Shown: positions 24,651 through 40,695 of the stretch, piece by piece
Position numbering within the stretch: position 1 is the first letter of the stretch
Layout: the number at the start of each line of letters is the position of its first letter
NCBI GenBank assembly: GCA_021613535.1
Contig: CP075497.1
Coordinates: 6,696,001 to 6,760,000 of the forward strand
Source of the DNA: Adineta vaga
Taxonomy: Eukaryota; Animalia; Rotifera
Direction of reading: 5' to 3'
DNA: 64,000 nt
The notes under the pieces: generated by a model
The model's database searches: none
What the model saw: only the letters and a program-made list of their open reading frames with translations
Told to the model about the DNA's origin: nothing
Position numbers and translations under genes: made by a program

Positions 24651-27600
24651 TCACGATTTCATACACATTTCTTTAAAACGTTCAGGTAAGAGGAAGATGA
24701 GTATTAATTGTACGATTGTCATTGATTGTTCACATGGATCCATAATACCACGTTGAAGCCATTTCGGTATTGTTAAACGTGCATGACGAAAGCCCAATTT
24801 TTGTAAAACATAATCTGCACCAAATGGTTCTACTTCGTTACCGTATGCTGTAAGAAGTTTAATTGTTGGCTGCAATTTCCATTTGGCATCGGGACAAGAA
24901 AAACGACGAGTATCAGTACTGCCGGTATCATCTAATGCAGGAAGAGTTTGAGGATCAGCAGAGGTTGCCGATGGCTTATTTGTTCGTTTTGCAGATTTTT
25001 CATCTGTTGTAGCTTGTGTTGCTGGTACAGCTAAATCGAAAGAAATTAAAGGAGATTTCAGTGAGAAATAGTTTACTTCGTTCTTTTTCTTTGATATACG
25101 ATGAAATAAGATCATGTAGAAAATAGAAATGTTCAGCATTAAATGAAAACATAATATGTTCATAGAATTCCGTTTCAAAACTACAATGAACTTGTCCTAG
25201 AAACAAAATAATTATATTCTATAATTCTATTTCGATTCGAAAAATTTCACCTTCAAATTGACGTGTTTGAAAACGTAGTTCAAGAGCCGGAAGAATAAAA
25301 ATTGATTCAGCATTTTGTTCGTATTGTCTCGAACGAACTTTACTAGGTATTGTGGATACCTCCTGATCATCCATAACAGGAAAATCACGTAAACCTAAAA
25401 GCATAGAATTTCACATTAGTTTAACAGAAAAGGAATGTGATCTGTTTTTTTAAAAGCTTACCAACAGCTGAAATTGTTGAACTAGCATAATTAAACCATT
25501 CATTAACTATTAAATGTGATGGTGCTTCATTACTATTTCGTGTGACTTTAGAAATAGATGCCATATTTGTGCGAGATTTAACGCTTGCATGTGTTGTTTG
25601 ACTTTGATCGCCTAATGAAAAGAGCAATTCTTGATTAACTAAAATGCATGATGAAATCCATGAATGAATTTAGAATAAAACAATTGTCTACTGAACATAC
25701 TATCGCCTTTTTCTCCTCGATTCGTTATAAAATTAATTTGTGGCTCATTTAAAGAGAATAAAGCCCATTGTTTTGATTTGAAATTCAATCCATGAAAAAC
25801 AACTATTGTTAAATTATGACCTTGTAACATCATTTCACCACCATGCATTCCAATCGCTTTTTTGATAATATTTATATCATATTTCGTATGCATAAAGGAT
25901 GGTTTTTTGGATTCTATATTTTTGATCGAATTCTGACGTTTCGTATTATCACGGAAATCATATTGAATGGATGCAAGGAATTTTTTCGAACTACTTATAT
26001 GTGTATCGAAAAAATCAATTAATTTCGCTGCCATTTTGATGATGTCAGGTGTTGTTGAACGTGTAATCATTAAATGCAATTGTGACCAATTCAGACTGAG
26101 TAAAACTGTTTTAAATGGAAAAAATGAATCATTATTAAGATTACTGGTTGTTGTTGATGGATTATAATCCTTTAATCGAAGTAATATATGACAAATACGT
26201 CCCATTAAAGTAGGAGAACCCATATAATCAAGACGAATTTCAATAGCTTCAGTTAGAATATCGATGGCATGAGAAGCATCATTAAGAATTGTTCGATCAC
26301 GAAATTCTTGGAAGATAAAACCTAGAAAGAAAAGTTTAATGAAATCATTTCTTCTTCTGTTAACTTTTCGTTATTCTCAAACTCCACACACCTGTAGTAC
26401 GAAGATTTTTTAAACGTATCATTCCTCCAACAAATCCTTGTTCTGCTTGTAAAATTGAATTTTGTAAACCTAATGAAATAAATAATGTTCGTTTGCCTTC
26501 ACTTTTTAATGTTAAACTTCCAGTTGACCAAACATCTTTCGTATTCCATTCGATTTTTCCCATAACATTTGACATACGCATTGATATTTGTAATTCTTTT
26601 AATTGAATTGCTAAAATTACATGTGCTTGTTTACGAAAAATCTTCTTTGTTGTCGATGAAATCTGTGTAGGCATAGTTGGTTGTGTTGACGGCATTCTCG
26701 TTGATAAATTTTCATCGCCCAAGAATAATCGACGAGCTAAAGAACGATTGTACCAAATTTTAGGAAATGTTAAAATTTCCGAAAAACGTCGTATGTCATA
26801 TTCAAACTGTGCTTTTGATATTTGTGCAATAACAGATAATTGAATACTATTCAATAATTCATTATTACGATCAATTGATAAATAACGTGAACGAGATATA
26901 TTGATGGAAACAGATTGTACACTAACTGCAAGTGCATTACGTGTTTGTAATTGTCCTGAACGAATATCTTCGAATAAATGTACTTTTGATTCACCAGAAA
27001 ATGGATGATAAACATTCAATTTGAAATCTTTCATATATAATGAAAAAGTTAAACCAGCAAGAGAACTTTCGAGAATTTGTTCTGATGAATTGTCAGTTGG
27101 TGATGGTATATTTTCTGGTATAGCATGTTTCGATGAAAGAACAACATCAACAGCAGGCAAACGAAGTTCACATTCCATTGGATGCGTTGGTAAACATGTA
27201 AAAAGTAGAACACATGGCTGAACAAAGATACTAACAACAACATCAATAGGAAAAGAAGCTGTGGAAGTTTGATCTTCTATTGAAAACCTATGGAAAAAGA
27301 AAAATTAGAGACATATGTGTTTATATTTTCAGTTTCACTTACATTGCATCTAAATGATCATCATCATTAGTTTGATTTTGTTTGATTTCTTCACGAATAC
27401 TTGCACGTCTATGATGCTCATCTGGTAATTTAACATATTCTAGTGTTTGTTCAATAAAATCTAATAGAATTGGATGAATAAGTATTTGTGTTGTTGGAGA
27501 TTGTATCATGGCACGACAATGGAAACTTCCACGTTTATTTAGTGCACTATTTGTTGTATTTTCATGTTTAGAATTATAATGTGCATCAACATCAACACCA

Positions 27601-30537
27601 GGTAAAGAAAATTGTAAAACTTGATATTCGATTTTATTTATTGTTTGAATTAAACCAATTGTTGCTTGCGTTTGTTGTTTAGTTTGATTGGAACTTAATG
27701 GAGAATGTGATATCAGATCACGACGTGTATAAAGATTACAAGAACCATTGGCAATAAGAACTTGAATATTTAATTCCAAATCAACAGCAGGAGTTGATGT
27801 AATTTCATTTGGATTTGTAGTTGTTGTCGAAGTATTTGATTGACGATCATCTTGTTCATGTGATGTTGTGCTAGAATGAGAAAAGAAAAGGAAAACGTAT
27901 ATAATTCAGTGAAATAATATCTGTATGAATGAAGCGGGTAAGTAAAATAAGTAATTATCCCAAATACTTTTAATAGTCAATAGGTATTAAGTACTTAGAA
28001 GAATACCTATAATATATAGACTCAAATGGATTTCTAGTTCTAGGAAAATGAGAGATAAAGATTTGATGAATCATTTTAGTAGAGGATACTGTTTTCTTAC
28101 CGTGAATGAACAATTGGTGTACGTGATACATCATTTTCTACATCTTCTTCACGAATGGGCGATGCATATAGGTGTGATTGAGGTGTAACCATTTCAGAAC
28201 TAAATAAACAAGCAATCAATTAAAATGAAAGATGAACAGATTTCTATCATGCAAATGTTCATAGTATATGCAGGTTGCTATTATTTCATCATCTACGTTA
28301 ATTTTAATAAAGTTTAGAAATGCAGAATTCCTCCGAGCGAACTATCACTTACATTTGTCGATGATTTTTACCAGTCGATGAAGCAAGTGCACTTGTGTAT
28401 ACTTGCGAATAGCGTCGCTCATTACTAATATATATTCACACGTATGTCAATCAAAGTACGGAAAGTTTTCCATTTCATATAAATCAATCGATTACTTACG
28501 GAGTATTTCGTGATTGATGTGTTACATCTTGTGATTGTGTTCGTTTTTGATTTGGAACACTCAATGTTGATAATAATCCACGATTACGATCTCGATTCAG
28601 TGCATTCTAAAGTTGACAAAAAAATAATTTACTCCAGATACTTATGGAAATTTTGAGACAAGTCACAATCGACAATACAAAACAAAATACGTGGATGAAA
28701 AGCATCAATATTTGTTTTTACAAAAATGGAGACATAGGTTGAAATGCTTTTTGAAAACAAAAAATGTTTCGTGCAAACCATATAGAACATGCAAGTGTTT
28801 GAATGATAACGAGAAAAACATTCAATAAAAGAAAATACAACATTTATCGTCAAACAGTATAGGCGAACCGTTGATGTATTTGATCCTTGAAGAAACTCAT
28901 GTGGTTGCTGATGATGTGGTGATGTAGGCTAGAGAAAACTCATGATTTGTTTCTTACTTATTTTCATTAGATTTTATTAAGAATCATGTATGTGAGATAT
29001 CGATCAAGAAATCAAACGAATGAAATTAGTTTCAGTCTTACCTTATTTGATTGTTTGATCTTTTGTTGAATATCAGTCTTAACTGAATGTAATAATTCTT
29101 TTTCTATCCATTGATAACGAGCTTCTTCCGGTATTAGTATATCATATGGTGCTTGTGATCGTCTAGAATGATACAGCATTCATTCATTCAATCATGAAAG
29201 TTCATGGAAACTTACTTTAATGTCGCGATTTTTTGTCCTAAGATTGAATATTCATATTGTAATCGTTTTCTTCGTTCATCATCTTCACTTGGATCATTAT
29301 TTTCATTGATATTCATTGAACTTCCACTTTTTGCATTCAATAAATTCGAATCTGTTGTTGAATTATTATCATTATTTAACGAATCCATGGGTTCAATCAA
29401 ATGGGTTGATGTAATTGTTCGAATTAATTGTGAAAAACGTTTACCGATGATCGAATCAATATTTATATCAATACCTTTCATATCCCATTGAACATTTAAA
29501 AACCATTTTGGACTATTCGAATTTGGAAGTTGTTTAGCACGTGAATGCATTAAATATCGACCACTGGGCACACAACAAGCATTTAAAATAACATTAGATG
29601 TAGATGAATGAATTGGTTTCCAACTATGATTGGTTTGTTGAAAATTTTCAGCAAAACGAAAACAAAAACCTTCGAATGAACCAGAACTTATAATAGCACC
29701 ACATGAACATGCAGATATTGTTGTTTGATCAAGTGTAAATACAAGAAAATCACTACTTTCTTCAAAATTTGACATTGACTGTCTTGAACTCAATGTTTGC
29801 GTGTCAGTTGTTGGTATTTTACTTGGTAATTCGATTTGATGTAATGGGATAGCAATACCTAAATCAATAATATCCAATTGAAACATAAGATTGAGTTCAT
29901 TTTTTGTTGCTACTGGTAATGTTTGAACATTCATTAATGGACGTTTACGGAGAGCATTACTGGTTGGAGTTGTAAATGCACCACGTTGTTCATTCCAATA
30001 TTCATACGTATTTTTGTAATTTAACCAGAAGAGAATTCCTTAAAATGAAACGTTTTCAATTGTAGACTTAAAGTTATACATCTAATTACCTTTATCTATA
30101 GCACCAGGTTGCCAATAAAAACTTGGTTTAGTCAAACGAATTATATAAGCTTCTTTTTCTGAATCATCGACCTAAATAAACAAATATATAAGTCACATAT
30201 AGATCTTAAACTATCGACAATACTATTCTATCTCACTTACTTGAAAAGAATTCTTCAAAAGTAATTTTGTTTTAAAATATGCTGCATCTTGAAAACCACC
30301 AGTATGTAATAATTGTCCTAGACTAATTTTGATATATAATAGAGCATTAATTAATGGTTTATTGTATAAGAGTAAGGAATTTTGTTCATCATAATTAGTT
30401 ACTTTGACAAACATTGGTAAATTTTTGTCACCATTATGACATTTGACAACGGTATTTGATGGTGTTTGTCCAATGATTTCAAAACCTTTCATTGATATAT
30501 CAATTTTATAAGTAAATGGTGTTCTCGTTGGTTTGTC

Positions 30538-30571
<34 letters not shown>

Positions 30572-33500
30572 ACTAATTCATCATCACTATCAATAGGAGG
30601 TGATTTTGAATTTCTATCTTTTCCTATTGGTTTAGTTGGTCCAAAATGAAATTGATCAAAACCAGATACTTTTGCAAGGATTTCATTAATTTCATGTATA
30701 ATAACTTTGGAAACGAAAACTAATTGAGCAAGAAAATCTGCTGTAATTGTTAATTTCAATACATCAATTTTTGTACGAAGATTTAAATGTCCTTTCGGTT
30801 TATTTTCTTGTTCTTGTTCATTCGTATAATTTCCATAACAACGTATTTGAGGAAAATCTATTCGAACATGATTATCCGAACTAACAGTAGGTAATTGATC
30901 AGTATCAATTGTAGCATTATTTAAAAAATGTAATGCATGTTCATGAACAATTGCTGTAAAACGTGATGTTGTACTGCCAAGATGAGCAACACCTTCAACA
31001 ACACCAATTTTATATTGTGCTTTTAACGTTGATAGAAGTGTAGTCGAAAATGACATTCCTTGACAGTGAGCAGTTATATGAACTGAAAAAACTGGTCGTT
31101 TCGAAGACGAAGAAATACTTTGTCGAGTTGCTAGTAGTTCAGGTGTAAGATTCGAAGTTAATGTTAATTTACGACGAATATTTGTAGGTTTTTTTCGTGG
31201 AGTTTCAGCAGATAAAATAGGTATATTCGATTCTTTGATTGTATCATCTAAACTGGTTTCCATTTGTTGAAATTCATCGTCTTTTTCTGTAGGTATTGTC
31301 GATGTTTGGTCGGTATCATCAGGAAGAAATTCTTGAACATAGGAAGTAATTAAACGACCTGCACGATTAACGAGATCATGAACTTCTTGAGGTCGTAATG
31401 GAACATCCATTGCAATCGTACCAATATTAGTAACTCCACTTAATGTTAAATTAGTACCACGTGTTTGTAAAGATGTGAGAGCACGAGATTTACCAATGAT
31501 AATATCAAGAACAGAGATTTTTCGTGTTGCTGATGATGTATTTGATGGAGGTATAGTGTTGTTGTGAACCGTATCCGTAGATGTAGAAAGTGTTTCTTTG
31601 AGTGACAACGAAGTCGAACCAATTTGAACAATCAATGAACCATCATATCTAGAAAAAAGTGAAATTGAAAATTATGTTCAATATTTGTCATTTAATTTTA
31701 CTTCTTTGCATTTTGATTAATTCCAAAGGGTTGTACTGCTCGGAGTCTCTGTGACAAACTGACACTTCCTTGTACTTTACCCATACAACCATCCACTTTT
31801 AAACCACCTAATGAAGCTGTTGAATAGATTTCATCAATAATTAACCAACCAAATGCAGATAGTAGTAATGTTTCATTCGGTGTATTAGAAGAAGGTAGTA
31901 ATATTGTATTTGTAGCATCATTTGGTGATAATAAACTATTTCGTTGTTTGCGACGATTTGTCAGTGTTGGTTCAATGACTGGTAATTTTTCGTGAGTAGT
32001 AATCCGTTCACGTAATTTTAGCCAACATTGTCTTTCAGAATCAATCGAATTATCATGAGTAGAAGAATGCAGAAGATTCGATTGCAAAGATTTCAGAACA
32101 AGATTTTCTACTCCACTTTCGGCATGTTCAACTAGTGTACTTGTTCTTGATGTCGTTGCATATATATCATCTTGTTGTTGAACAAGATTATTGTCTGGTT
32201 TAATTATTTCATCAATACCTGTATATTCTACAGCATTTCCAACAACTGTATAGAATTGATAAACAATACGTAATAGAGATAAATTAACTTCTTGTTGAAC
32301 ACGTTGAACGCGTATACCAGCTTGAACATTTGCTGAATGTAATTGATCATATTCAAGTAATTGTCGACAGACGCTTTGAATATTTAAATTTGTTACACAA
32401 AGAACTGAGGATTCGACTGATGGATTTAATGTTGATGATTGAATATCATTGATCACTTCGTTAGGCAAAATTTTAACATCAAATTTTTTGAGCACTGCTG
32501 ACGCAACAACTGTTTGACCTAATTTTTCAAATAATGGTTCGATTGATGATGTAACAGACAATTCTACACCAGCATATTCAAGTAAAACTTTAAATAATTG
32601 CTCTACGGATCCTGTTAAATCAGGACCAACGTCTGACAAAATTATTTCAGCAAATGAATTCGTACGATTTCTTTTATTTAATCGAGTACGAAATGTATTA
32701 TCATCGAAATCAGATTCATCAGAACCAACATTTAATCGTGCATAACCAGTAGTATTATTTATATTTGCAGTTGGTTCAAAACGTCGAAGAGTTTCACCTT
32801 TGATAAACAAAAGAAAACAGAAATATGATTAAACTACAAAATTAACATGAAAATCTTTATTTATTTTCTTGTCAATTGAAAGCATAAGAATCATGCAAAC
32901 ATATCTGTAATACAAAGGTAAACACGTATTCTATGTGAAGATAAGCATAAACCCGCCATGGGTTTTTCTTTAAGCAATAGTGCTTAAATTGATTTCAAAT
33001 AGCGAAATTTTCTCTTGATTTTATTGTTGTGTAATTCTTACCTTCATCAAATGCTATATTTACATGCCCTGTGGATTGCGCTATAAGAATTTAGATATAT
33101 ACTCATGCACATTGATCATGTGCAAGAATCGGTATTATAAATAGTACTCGAATTGGAAAAGTATCTATTTGTAGTAAAGAGATTAATATTCTCAACTCAT
33201 CTAACATTTCTAGTTGTGATACTTAGCCTTAGTCAATTAGATTTAAATCTCTTCTACAATTATTTACTGAGAACGAATTGATTAGTAATTAAGCTATCGG
33301 AAATGCTTTTCTTCGACAAAAAACTTAATTTGTACTTACCTAGAAAACTTGATGCACGACGACGTTCTGGTTCTGATAATGGTTCTTTGATTAATTCAAT
33401 GACTGTATCTTTATTACTGATATTGGATCGTGTATTTTGTACTGTCATACGTCTTCGAACAGCTGAACTCGTTTTCTCATTCGTTTCATTTGAGTTTTGA

Positions 33501-36500
33501 TTTCCTGTTATTGTGCCACTATGATCATGCCCAATCAGACGTTGTAAGCGATCAACTACTGAAGTTCCTCGTGCTCGTGTAGCAACGCCTGGATGTTCTT
33601 GTTCATTACTATTTGTTGGTAATATACTATCCATAGGTGATGTTGTTGTTGAAGATAGTAGTACGGGTGGATTCATGTATAGATGAAATCGTGGTTGTCG
33701 TTTAATTGTTTGAGTCCAATCACGACAAGCTTCACGAATACCTTGCTTCAATAATTCAATATCGGGTACGATATGTGGCTGAAGATTAACATTTATTTGT
33801 TGATTTTGATTGAAATGTTTTCGAAGTTCGGTGACAAGTTGACAGACAGGATGTGAAAGAAGATATTTTGTTTTTGGTGCAAATAATTCATATAATTTGC
33901 TTTCTGGCAAAGTTGATTCAGCTATTGTCTCAATAAGAAAATAAGCTAAAACAGCATCGATACGTTTTTTACGATGTTGAAGAAAATTTTCAATTGGTTT
34001 TTGTATACGATTGATAACGCAAAACCAACCGGAACAGTTGGAGACAAAGTTGACAGAAAATTCCAATCAAAACGTGTATATGCAAAATGTTTCTTTGGTA
34101 CTGAATTTAATTGAGACGCACTTGCTGTACTTGCGCGTATACGTTTGGAATTCGAATGAGTATGATGAGGTGGTTCAGGAAATGTTATCCAAACATGATC
34201 AATTGAACCATCAAAGACACTACTTGATAATGAATTTGAAGATGTTGCTTTTGCAATTGGTGGTAAAGCAGTTGTCGTTGGAGATGATAGTGATGGCTAC
34301 AAATATAAAATAAAAGATCAATTAATTATCAATCTCTTCTCTATGAACTTACATCTGTTGATGGTTTTCTTTTTGATTTCTGTTTTGTTTGTGATTTCAT
34401 TGGTTGTGTTTCATCTATTTGTGTCATCATTGGTATGGTTAGTTTTTTTTCTTGCTGTTGTCTGGCAGCATTATTAATTAATTTAAAACAAAGACGTTGT
34501 ATACCAAATTCATTCATGACAAAACCAGGATTTGTTCGATTGTTACTAATTGGTAAATGTGTTTGAATATCATTGGATATATTAAATTGTAATCGACAAC
34601 GTTGAGATTGTATTGCATGAATATTAACATGTTCAATCGAAGAAAAATTATTTTCAAAACGACGAAATTGCCCTGTTAATGATTGAATTTTAAATACACC
34701 AGCAGTCGATTGATCACGATTTGATAGAATCGTTTCCATTTGAATTTGTTTACATGATATTGCAAACAATGACATTGTGACAATATCGATTGGTGTTCGT
34801 AATTCAGTTAATTGAACGTTATCTTCAGCTAAACCAGCTTGTAAAAAGCAAAGATTGATTTTTGGTAATTGAAGAGACAGTTTTGTAGTTGAACGATCAA
34901 TTGATGTTGGTGGAGGATTCGAAGTAGTGTGAGTTTGAAAATGCAAACCATCAAGAATAGACATTGGATGAAGTTCATATGTTTTCAATTTATCAATATA
35001 TGTATTTAAACATTCAAGCATCAATGGTGTGAAAAGTATGTTTAATGCTCCAATAAATCGAAGACATACTTCTTTTTCTGTTGCAATAACAGTTGACGAA
35101 GAATAGAGTGATGATAATGTAGGAGCAACGGATAAACGTGGCCGTGGATTCGTTGTTTGAAATTGTTGACGTGATTGTGTTGATTGCAAAGTTTCTGATA
35201 GAAATGAACAGGAGAAACCATGTGAAACACAATTAAAATCAAGTAATGGTTGATGATTGATTTGATCTTGTTGAATTGATGGAGGAAAAGATGCAGTGTT
35301 CGACCAAGTTGATGAACGATAATGAGATAAATAACGAATATATGTTGTTGATAGTAGAGTCGATTTTGGTATAGGCATTTTCATTTGACTACGTAAACTA
35401 ATCCATGAAGAACCTGGTAATGACAGCTGAGGAATTGATTTATGTTCTGCAGAAGATGAAGCACTCTAGAAACTAGGAATGAAGAGTTATTTTAAAATAG
35501 ATCGAATGAGAGAGTCTTTTTTATTTACTTTTTGTGGTAATGATGTTGAAGTAGTTCCTAGCTGTTGTTTTTTCAATATTTCTTCTAAAACAGTTAACGA
35601 ATCTGTTGATGATGAATGTGACGATTTTAGTGATGTCTCATCTTGATCATTCAACATTTTACTAAATAGTTCTATATCGGAAGGAATCGGAGATGAATTT
35701 CTCGATGATTGATGTGCTGCAGATTTGATTGATGCTATCGACAATGATTTTCTGTTCTTATTATTATTCAAACTTTTCTGACTTGAATTATTTGATGATA
35801 ATTGATCATTAGGTGTCGCATACGCGTCATTAAGCGTATCGGATGACGATGAACCCACAACATCATTATTATCATATATAACTGATGATGATGAACGTTT
35901 GTGAGGTTTTGGTTCAGCAAATGACTTATGTCGTAGATTTTTCACGGAATTCGATCGTGATAATGTATATAAATTTGTTGGTACACTATGAGGTGAATAA
36001 TGATCAATTAATCGATTATGTTCTGCTTTTGATTGTACACAAAAATCGAATGGATAGAAGCTTTCTTCATCATCTAATTGCTCATTTGGTACAAATGAAT
36101 ATTCATAAGTTTGCCAATCGTATTTATGTTGAAATATCGGATGAGAATGTATCACATGTACATCCGGTTGAAATAGAGAAAGACCAAAGGACGGTTGCTC
36201 ACTGAGACGAAATGTACTCTTAAAGAATTGTTCGCCTTGAACAAGAGTATAGTAATGGGGTGAACCACCAAGACAGGCACAAGAAAGAGTATTATATGAT
36301 AAACTAATAGTAGATGGTCGTTTTGAATTTGTTGTTCCTGTTGATGATTGTGATTTTGTATGGTAGAGAAAATGAAGTCTTTGAGTATATTGATCATGTC
36401 GACGAAGAAAGTCAAGTTGTTCATTGATATTAACTGGTGTTGGAGGATGACAATCTAATTTTGCATTAATACGTAATTCAGGAATATGAATTGAGCCAGC

Positions 36501-39500
36501 TTCTAACCATGAACCAGGATATAGACGAAGTAATTGTCGTATTTGAATAGTACCCACTTTTAAAGTTAAACTTTCATTACATGCACTTGTATGCATATTA
36601 CACATACATAGACGAACTGGTGCAGCCTATAAGAAGAGAAAAGGCATAGTCTTACAGTTTGATGTCTAAATAACTAGGATGATGATGATTCTTACCTGTA
36701 CATTAACAGCATTTCCAGTTTCAATAAGACTTAAATCTACTGAATCTAAACTAAATCGAAGTACATCATATTTAAGTTTTTCAATCCATTTTGATTTATC
36801 CATCACTGGTGAACGTATTAGTGTATATTCATCTTCCATAATTTGTAGATAAAAATTTTTTACAAATCCAAGTATTTTCTCCATCTATGAATCAAAGACA
36901 TATGTTATCATCAATAAAAGATTAATCTTCTGCTTCACCTACTTGAATTGTTGTTAAACGAGCTGATATTTTTCCAAGTAAAATTTCCATTTGCCATGCA
37001 TATTCAAGTGTTTCACGTTCAGGTGGTAAACCTTCATGAGAAAGCATCGCATGTCCACGAATAATTAAACCAGATAATTGAAGACTTCCAGTTGATAAAT
37101 GTTGATCAGATTTATTTCTCTATACATATAATAAGAAATAATATTAATAGTGATTATCATCCAAATTACTTACAACAATATTATCTTCAACATAAACATT
37201 AATAGGTAAAAACAAGACTTGTAATCTTGTTTCATTTAAATCAGTTGTCATTTCTACACAAAGTCTTTCACAAAAACCAATTGGACTCGGTGCATCTTCT
37301 GTATGCTATAAGAAACAAGATAATTTCTTTTGTTATAAAAGACAATAATAGAATTTCAATTTACATGAAGAAAATGAAGTGTCATATTGTGAAGTGCAAC
37401 ACGTAAAGTCACCATCAATGGTCGAAAGTATCTTGGATCAAATGGTTGACTTTCATCAATCATATCAACTAATGGATCATCATGAACAACAATCTTTTTT
37501 TCACGTATAAAATCAGGTTCACGTATATCATGAAACATTTGATCCCAGCCAAATAAATTTTCCTGAGAAAATCAAATGATAATCATAGATTGAAAGATGA
37601 TCTTTCTCAACTTACTTTAACCCACCAAAGTTTTTTCAGAAATAGACCATGTAAAAGTAAATTAACAGAACCAAGATCAATTTCAAGATTAAATACATCA
37701 TATTTAAGTTTATTTGGATGAAATGTTTGTCGATTACCCATAGCTTTAATTTGTTGAACATGTAAAAGATCTTATTTGAATCAAGAAAAGAATATTATCG
37801 AAAAAATCTAAGAATTTTCGTTCGTTCATTACCTCGTTGATTCATATCAACAGGTGGTGACGAATGAAGAAGAATTTGAACCAAAACCTTGATATGATTT
37901 ACTTCACCACATTCAAAACATCCATCCCTATTACACGTGAACTCATTGTATAAAAATTCTCTGATGAAAACAAAACATTCGTTTTACCGTTTTTCGAAGA
38001 TATCTGATAATGGTAAATGAGATTTAATACCATCGGGTGCATGAAATCGTTTATGTCTATCCAATCCTTCAACAATATAATACATTCGATTACTTTCTGG
38101 CATAACTAAACGAGCAAGTACATCATTTATCTAAATGAAATAGGTGCGTTTTTTTTAGTTTAGATCAACTGTCAGAATGTAAAGTATACTTCAATAGTTA
38201 AATCCGCCGATGTTGCTACAGGACAAAACTCTATGAATGATAATGGATATGTTAAAGCAAGTGATTTTGCACACAATGAAACATAATCTAAAATAAAACA
38301 AATTAGTTGAGAGATTCAATTTTCATTGCTATATTTTACTGTTTTCTGCAGTTTTCTCATTGGAACAATCGATCCAATTTCCTTGATTGCATGGAATTAA
38401 AACTTCAACTAATTCACCACGAAGAGTTATATTATAAATAAATGGTGTGAATGAATAGATATCCGGTGGTACCGATGAACCAAAATCATTGATAAGTGCT
38501 GTTTAGATAGAGAAAAATCATCAGACTTTTTCAATAACAATTAAAGAAATTATTACCTTGGAAGAAATTTTTATGCTCAAAAACGAAATAAACTTGAGGT
38601 TTTTTTGCATCAATGTCAACGAACCAATCTTGTAATGCATTCCATAAACGTGGATAATGAATATGTACTTTAATCTAAATACAATTGATGTTATTACTAA
38701 TGAGATTAGAAGAAAATTCAACTGTTACATGAATGTTTTCGGCTTCAATGAACGGTGTAAAAGAAAGATTTGTTTGAGCAATTGCTTGATTGATATTTAT
38801 GGATAAAGATGTATCAAAACCATCAGGATTAGTTGAGAATGGAAGTGTTGCATCAAAAAATGAGCCTTTTGAAGGACATTCAATGTGGAGTTGTTGAAGT
38901 TTCTAAAGAGAATAATTCACGAAAATAGAACAAAAATATTCGATGAAATAGAAATCAAACCGTTTTATTCATAAAATAAAGATCGAGTATTGTTGGACAA
39001 TCGAGAGATAATTTAAAACGAACTGATTTAAATATTCGTGTTTGACCAATCAATGGTTCAACTGTTATAATAGATTCTTCGTATAACGTGGGGAGGAAAT
39101 ATTGCCATAATAATTCTCTAGATATAAATTTCTTATTAATTTATTATCTTTGAAGTATGTATTAGTTTACCTCTGTCGATCTGCCCATGGTCCGTAGGTA
39201 ATCTTTGTTTTTTTGTTACATTTCATACGTATTTCCCAAACAACATCAGCTATTGCTTGACCATTTTCTATTGGTTCAATCATTTTACCTAGAAGAACAT
39301 CAGAGATGATAGAAATTATGTAAGAAAAGAATCGTATGGTTCTTACCAGGAATATCTTGTTCATATTCAAGTTCACCTTCTGAACATTCGAAAATTTGAA
39401 TGGTATCTTTTGCTGTACCTTTGGTAGTTGGAATTGGTGGCGGTCTATGTAATATATACCATCAAGATTTGTTTAATATTTAACATTCTTGTTTCGTATA

Positions 39501-40695
39501 TTAATATGAATTATATGTAGAATTACAATTTAATTTCATTAGTATCTCAACAAAGTGTTATAGAAATCCTCATGAATAAAATAGTACGTGAAAGCCGTTT
39601 AAATATTTTTTGATTCATTCTTTACATATTTTCTTTTTATTTCTCAATATCTCTATTGAATTTTTCGAATAGATGTCATATACTTCAAGAAAAAACTTAC
39701 ATTTCTTTTCTTTCTCCTTCATAATCATTCACAGGAACTAAATGTACTTGAAGATTTCGATATGTCATACTGTAAATCAGTGTCATCAGATCAATTTCTG
39801 GTGCAGTACGTGATGGTGATTGACTTGTAAATGTACTGTTCATTGTATTAAAACGTATTGATAAACTATATGGTAATGTATGATGTCCAACTGAGATTCT
39901 TCCCTGTAAAATTTATCAAAACTTTAAAAAAAAGAAAGAATAAAGAAATCAAATCACTTACACGATCAACTTTAATTTCCACGGATGGAAAAAGACTTCG
40001 AAGATAGTTAAGAAAAGTACCTTCATCATTACTTTTCACTGTATTAATGCTTTGAGCATCTTCAATTTTTGGTGATAATCTTTGAAAATAGAAAAATCAT
40101 GTTTGTAATGATATGTTCTAGAAAAACCAAATTATTTTTTATCATTTTACCCATTAATCGATCCTCTTTGCATATCGTCATTCAAATTATTTGTTTCGAT
40201 AATTGTATTGGAACGAATTGGACTAAATATTTGCATATCTAAATGATAGAATTGCATTTTTAAACGTATAGTCGGTTTTTTCTTCGTTTTTGACCAATAA
40301 CGAAATAATAGATAACCATCTTTAACAAATACAAAATAACTTCCAGTTGTGTAATGTAAATTTCTAAACATAATCTTTCCCGAAATGAATGATATTGAAA
40401 ATGAATCAAATTTAATTTGTGATGAATCTTTGAAATAAAATCGTTGTAAAATATATGAGCAGATAATTCCTTGTATGCGTGAATGATATAAGATTAAATA
40501 TAATATCCATATAATTGTTAAAATATAAACAATAACAAGTAATGGAATTTGTTCACGATGAGTTTTGAAATAAGAAGTTATTTCATCTGATATCGCTTCA
40601 AGTGTGGAAGGAGTTGTTGAAATTAAATTCATATCTGTTATGTTTAATGATTTAGGTGGAATCATTGGTATGGTTGGTCGAACTAATGATTGCAT
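24651..40695 (-). CDS. BLTP1: Bridge-like lipid transfer protein 1 (KIAA1109/Tweek/LPD-3/Csf1 family), about 16 kb with many exons
   Basis: N-terminal TM plus YHSRIQG...SFSISFISGKIMFR, ITYGPWADRQR, GSWLEAG, KINLCFLQA, C-terminal QGHNLTIVVFHGLNFKSKQWALF and DYVLQKLGFRHARLTIPKWLQRGIMDP (FSA_C). Confidence 0.92.

Noticed and set aside
25967-36424. Plus-strand and alternate-frame ORFs inside BLTP1
   Set aside because: Antisense or off-frame shadows of long coding exons, with no independent motifs.
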